Shown piece after piece: positions 61,092-64,000 of a stretch of 64,000 nt of DNA. This DNA is from Candidatus Altiarchaeales archaeon (lineage in GTDB: Archaea; Altiarchaeota; Altiarchaeia; IMC4; SCGC-AAA252-I15): assembly GCA_014727915.1 (NCBI GenBank), contig WJMO01000006.1, positions 320,001 through 384,000 on the forward strand, in the 5' to 3' direction. How positions within the stretch are numbered: position 1 is the first letter of the stretch; every line of letters begins with the position of its first letter. The notes under the pieces were generated by a model that made no database searches, was not told where the DNA came from, and worked only from the letters and a program-made list of their open reading frames with translations. Both the position numbers and the translations under genes were made by a program.

Positions 61092-62129
61092 ATGGCTAGG
61101 AAAAAGCGCGGTAAGGGCGGTAAGCCTAGGTCGGGTAAGAGGCAGAAGCAAAAGTACATGATATACTTTGTAGGCGCCATCATGGTGTTGTCGGGCATGT
61201 TCTTCGGGTTGAACCGGGCGCAGAACGGACCGCCAGAAGAGAATCCATCAGGCGACTGGAATGTGGTGGAGTATGAGTCCGCCAGCCTGGGGAAAACCAG
61301 CTACGCCGCAAAGGTGGTTGGAATAACCAGCGGATACAAGCTCGTGCCCAACCAGATGAGATTCTCCGAGGGGGACATACAGCACGTGTTCGAAACCGAC
61401 ATAGCAGGGGTCACCAACGTGATACTGGAGGCTGCCCCAGGATATTACATGTTCCACTTCGTCGCAGACGGCGACGTGGAAGAGGGCATAAGGGAGAGGA
61501 TAAGGCTGCCTGGAGACTACAACCTCTACAGGGCCTACAGGGCGTCAACTGAAGGGGGGGAGTTCAACGTCGTCGGCAACAATCTGGAAGTCGGCGATTA
61601 CGTGATGGTGGTGGTGTTGGAGCGGGTCCGCGACGGCAGGCTGGAGCAGCTTGGTTTCGTGGAGGACAGGCTCGAGGAAGGCCCGGTCATCAACGGAACC
61701 GCTTACGGTTTCGAATCGTATTCGATAACCGGAGTCAGCGCATCAGAGGTCCCGGAAGAGGATTTGAAGGAGTCGATGGGATATGAGGACGTGATGGTCG
61801 AGGAGGACAACAGCTCGGGGGATACTTTATACCGGGTTTCGATGACCTTGCCCTTCGACGCGGATGTGGGCGAGGCCAGGGAGAAGCTCGAAGGCTTTGA
61901 CGTCTTCAACGTAACTGCATTGATACTGGGCTATTCCGAGACCGCGGAGCACATGGTGGTGAACGGCAGCCTCGTCAGGATACCCAACTACAGGGGCGTG
62001 CAGTCGACCTTCGACGAGGACACCATGGAGAATGACACAGTCGCCATCCGCGTTTACATGCTGAGCATGGGAGGTCAGACGTTCGCCTTCGCTACCGAGG
62101 CGACAACGCCTGGCATAGGAGTTCCGTAG
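61092..62129 (+). CDS. Membrane-anchored acidic hypothetical protein
   Basis: Basic N-terminus, single TM, acidic ectodomain. Confidence 0.65.
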   Translation: MARKKRGKGGKPRSGKRQKQKYMIYFVGAIMVLSGMFFGLNRAQNGPPEENPSGDWNVVEYESASLGKTSYAAKVVGITSGYKLVPNQMRFSEGDIQHVFETDIAGVTNVILEAAPGYYMFHFVADGDVEEGIRERIRLPGDYNLYRAYRASTEGGEFNVVGNNLEVGDYVMVVVLERVRDGRLEQLGFVEDRLEEGPVINGTAYGFESYSITGVSASEVPEEDLKESMGYEDVMVEEDNSSGDTLYRVSMTLPFDADVGEAREKLEGFDVFNVTALILGYSETAEHMVVNGSLVRIPNYRGVQSTFDEDTMENDTVAIRVYMLSMGGQTFAFATEATTPGIGVP

Positions 62130-62640
62130 CCTTCCGCCTGTGAGATGCCCGGTTCTTGTGGGCTGGGTCTTCCGCGAAGGTTTTTTCACTGTCTAAAGGC
62201 TTGAATATGGGGTCGTAGCCGAATCCCTTGGAGCCGCGCATCTCGCAGGGGATGGATCCCTCAACAACACCCTCGTAGACTTTAACGCCTTTTTTGTCGC
62301 AGTATCCGATGGCGGACTTGAACCTGGCCCGCCTGTCTTCTACCCCGTCCAGCAGCTTCAATATGCCCTCGCAGCCTATTCTCTTGAACACGTAGGCACT
62401 GTACGTGCCTGGAAAATCGTTGAGTGCGTCTATGAACAGGCCGGAGTCCTCTACTATCACAGGCCTCTTCAGCTTCTCATATACGTATCTAACCCCCTCC
62501 CCGGCCACCTTGGACACGGACTCGGCTCTCACCTCAGGGTATATGATGTTGACCTGCTGGAAGCTCATGCCATATTCGGCCGCTATCTTGTTGGCCTCCT
62601 CGACCTTGTTGGTGTTGGATGTTGCGAACAGGACTTCCAT
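62092..62640 (-). CDS. rdgB: XTP/dITP diphosphatase
   Basis: ATSNTNK, EDSGL, FGYDPIF, SHR. Confidence 0.95.
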   Translation of the reverse strand: MEVLFATSNTNKVEEANKIAAEYGMSFQQVNIIYPEVRAESVSKVAGEGVRYVYEKLKRPVIVEDSGLFIDALNDFPGTYSAYVFKRIGCEGILKLLDGVEDRRARFKSAIGYCDKKGVKVYEGVVEGSIPCEMRGSKGFGYDPIFKPLDSEKTFAEDPAHKNRASHRRKATELLCQALSPR

Positions 62641-62650
62641 GTTAAAGGGA

Positions 62651-63547
62651 TTATAATCCGCGCTTATAATTGCCCCGGGTTATCTGCTGGAGTAGTATTA
62701 TCAGTGAGGGTTCTGCGATGGCTGCGAAGGCCATGGGCAAAGCGGACTTGGGGGTGAGCAACGCCAACGCTATCACCGCCGCGGCTCCGTTGTTCTTGTA
62801 GGATGAGAAGAGGGCATAGGTTATAGAACGTTCGCCGGAGCCGAGACGACGAGCAATATAATATACTATGGTGGCGGGGACAAATGTGCGGACGAACACC
62901 ACAGCAACTACGGGGGAAAGGGACAGGGGGTCCGATATGATGGCCGCGTGGTTCAAGCCTATCAGTACATAGGTTATGAGCGCGAATAGCAGGTTAACTG
63001 CGCTCTTGCCATAGTCCCATGCGGGCGATTCGATACTCGCCAGTATCCTGGACAATGCCATTGGCAGTATTATGAGAACCGACAGCAGGCCGAGTAGGTA
63101 TGAGACGTCCATGACATCTCCGATCAGTAGGAGTATCAGCGAGGGCGTTAAGGCAAGGGCGAGGAGGTAGGCTATGACCTCCGTCAGCGTTGAAGTGTAT
63201 GAGTCTCCGCGTAGGAGGTAGGTGAAGGGGACTACGGACACTGCCGGCGGCACTGCTGCCATGATGATGAAGCCGCGAATGTAGTCCGAGTCGTCGAGGA
63301 GGATGTGGGCGGCAGCCAATATTATACCAGTGAGCAGTATGTACTGCAGTGCCAGCGCCTTAATCGCCGGGGCTGCCAGTTCCCTCTTCCATAATCCCCT
63401 GAAGCTGAGGCTCCTGAGGGATATTGTCATGGACAAGACAAGGGCAGGCATTATCGTCCATTCAAGCATCTGAGCGAGGCCGGGATACGCCAGGGCAGCC
63501 AGTATGGCGGAGAGGAAGACCTTCCTCGTGTCCTCCAGGAAGCTCAT
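62651..63547 (-). CDS. Bile acid:Na+ symporter-family transporter
   Basis: VPPA, YKN motifs and about 9 TMs. Confidence 0.75.
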   Translation of the reverse strand: MSFLEDTRKVFLSAILAALAYPGLAQMLEWTIMPALVLSMTISLRSLSFRGLWKRELAAPAIKALALQYILLTGIILAAAHILLDDSDYIRGFIIMAAVPPAVSVVPFTYLLRGDSYTSTLTEVIAYLLALALTPSLILLLIGDVMDVSYLLGLLSVLIILPMALSRILASIESPAWDYGKSAVNLLFALITYVLIGLNHAAIISDPLSLSPVVAVVFVRTFVPATIVYYIARRLGSGERSITYALFSSYKNNGAAAVIALALLTPKSALPMAFAAIAEPSLIILLQQITRGNYKRGL

Positions 63548-63581
63548 GCATACATATTAACAAAAGGCTAATATCAACGTG

Positions 63582-64000
63582 ATGGTAATCGTGAACAGGG
63601 ATGAGTTAGCCGCCGGTGACCGGTTCAGGGAGGATGCATTGGACATTGTGGAGGCTGGTTTGAAGGCCTGCAAGGTCGAGAACATAATGGGCTCCGTAGT
63701 GGAGGAGGACCGCATATGCGTGGAGGGTGTTGAGTACAGGGTCCAAGACTATGAGAGGGTTCATGTGGTGGGCTTCGGCAAGGCTTCAGGTTCCATGGCC
63801 TGCGAGCTTGAGAGTAGGTGGAGGGATAGGATAGCGGATGGCGTGGTCATATCCTATCCGAACCCGGGTTGCAGGGCCATAAGGGTTTTGGAGGGAACCC
63901 ACCCCATGCAGTCTGAGGGGAACATCCGAGCCTCCGAGGAGCTGTTGGATATCGTCTCGAACGCGGGTGAGAGGGATCTCATAGTATGCCTAATATCGGG
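63582..64000 (+). CDS. Glycerate 2-kinase (MOFRL/DUF4147), 3' truncated
   Basis: Translated by hand: VVGFGKASGSMA, GTHP, CLISG. Confidence 0.88.
   Translation, partial: MVIVNRDELAAGDRFREDALDIVEAGLKACKVENIMGSVVEEDRICVEGVEYRVQDYERVHVVGFGKASGSMACELESRWRDRIADGVVISYPNPGCRAIRVLEGTHPMQSEGNIRASEELLDIVSNAGERDLIVCLIS

Overview
Core-chromosome window of an archaeon, about 50-55% GC by eye. The divergent 16S 5' end, EppA-type pilins and Thr-rich secreted proteins suggest Ca. Altiarchaeota, but this is inference. It holds about 60 mostly housekeeping CDSs and a minus-strand rRNA locus (16S, intron-containing tRNA-Ala, orphan ORF, 23S, no linked 5S) followed by a small strong-SD ORF and RNase P RNA. Other RNAs are tRNA-His (with intron), tRNA-Pro and a box C/D sRNA predicted to target C34 of a CAU-anticodon tRNA. 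There is no CRISPR, transposase or integrase. The most striking observation is that the 77-nt tRNA-Ala intron and the 73-nt tRNA-His intron are homologous and share a covarying structured core, which suggests a mobile or functional tRNA-intron RNA family. Also notable: an exported operon of an AYIDPG peptide, a Tat phosphodiesterase and two arylsulfotransferases; an RHH-nucleotidyltransferase fusion; a DUF373-PRC-barrel fusion; and a decayed insert at the tRNA-His 3' end.
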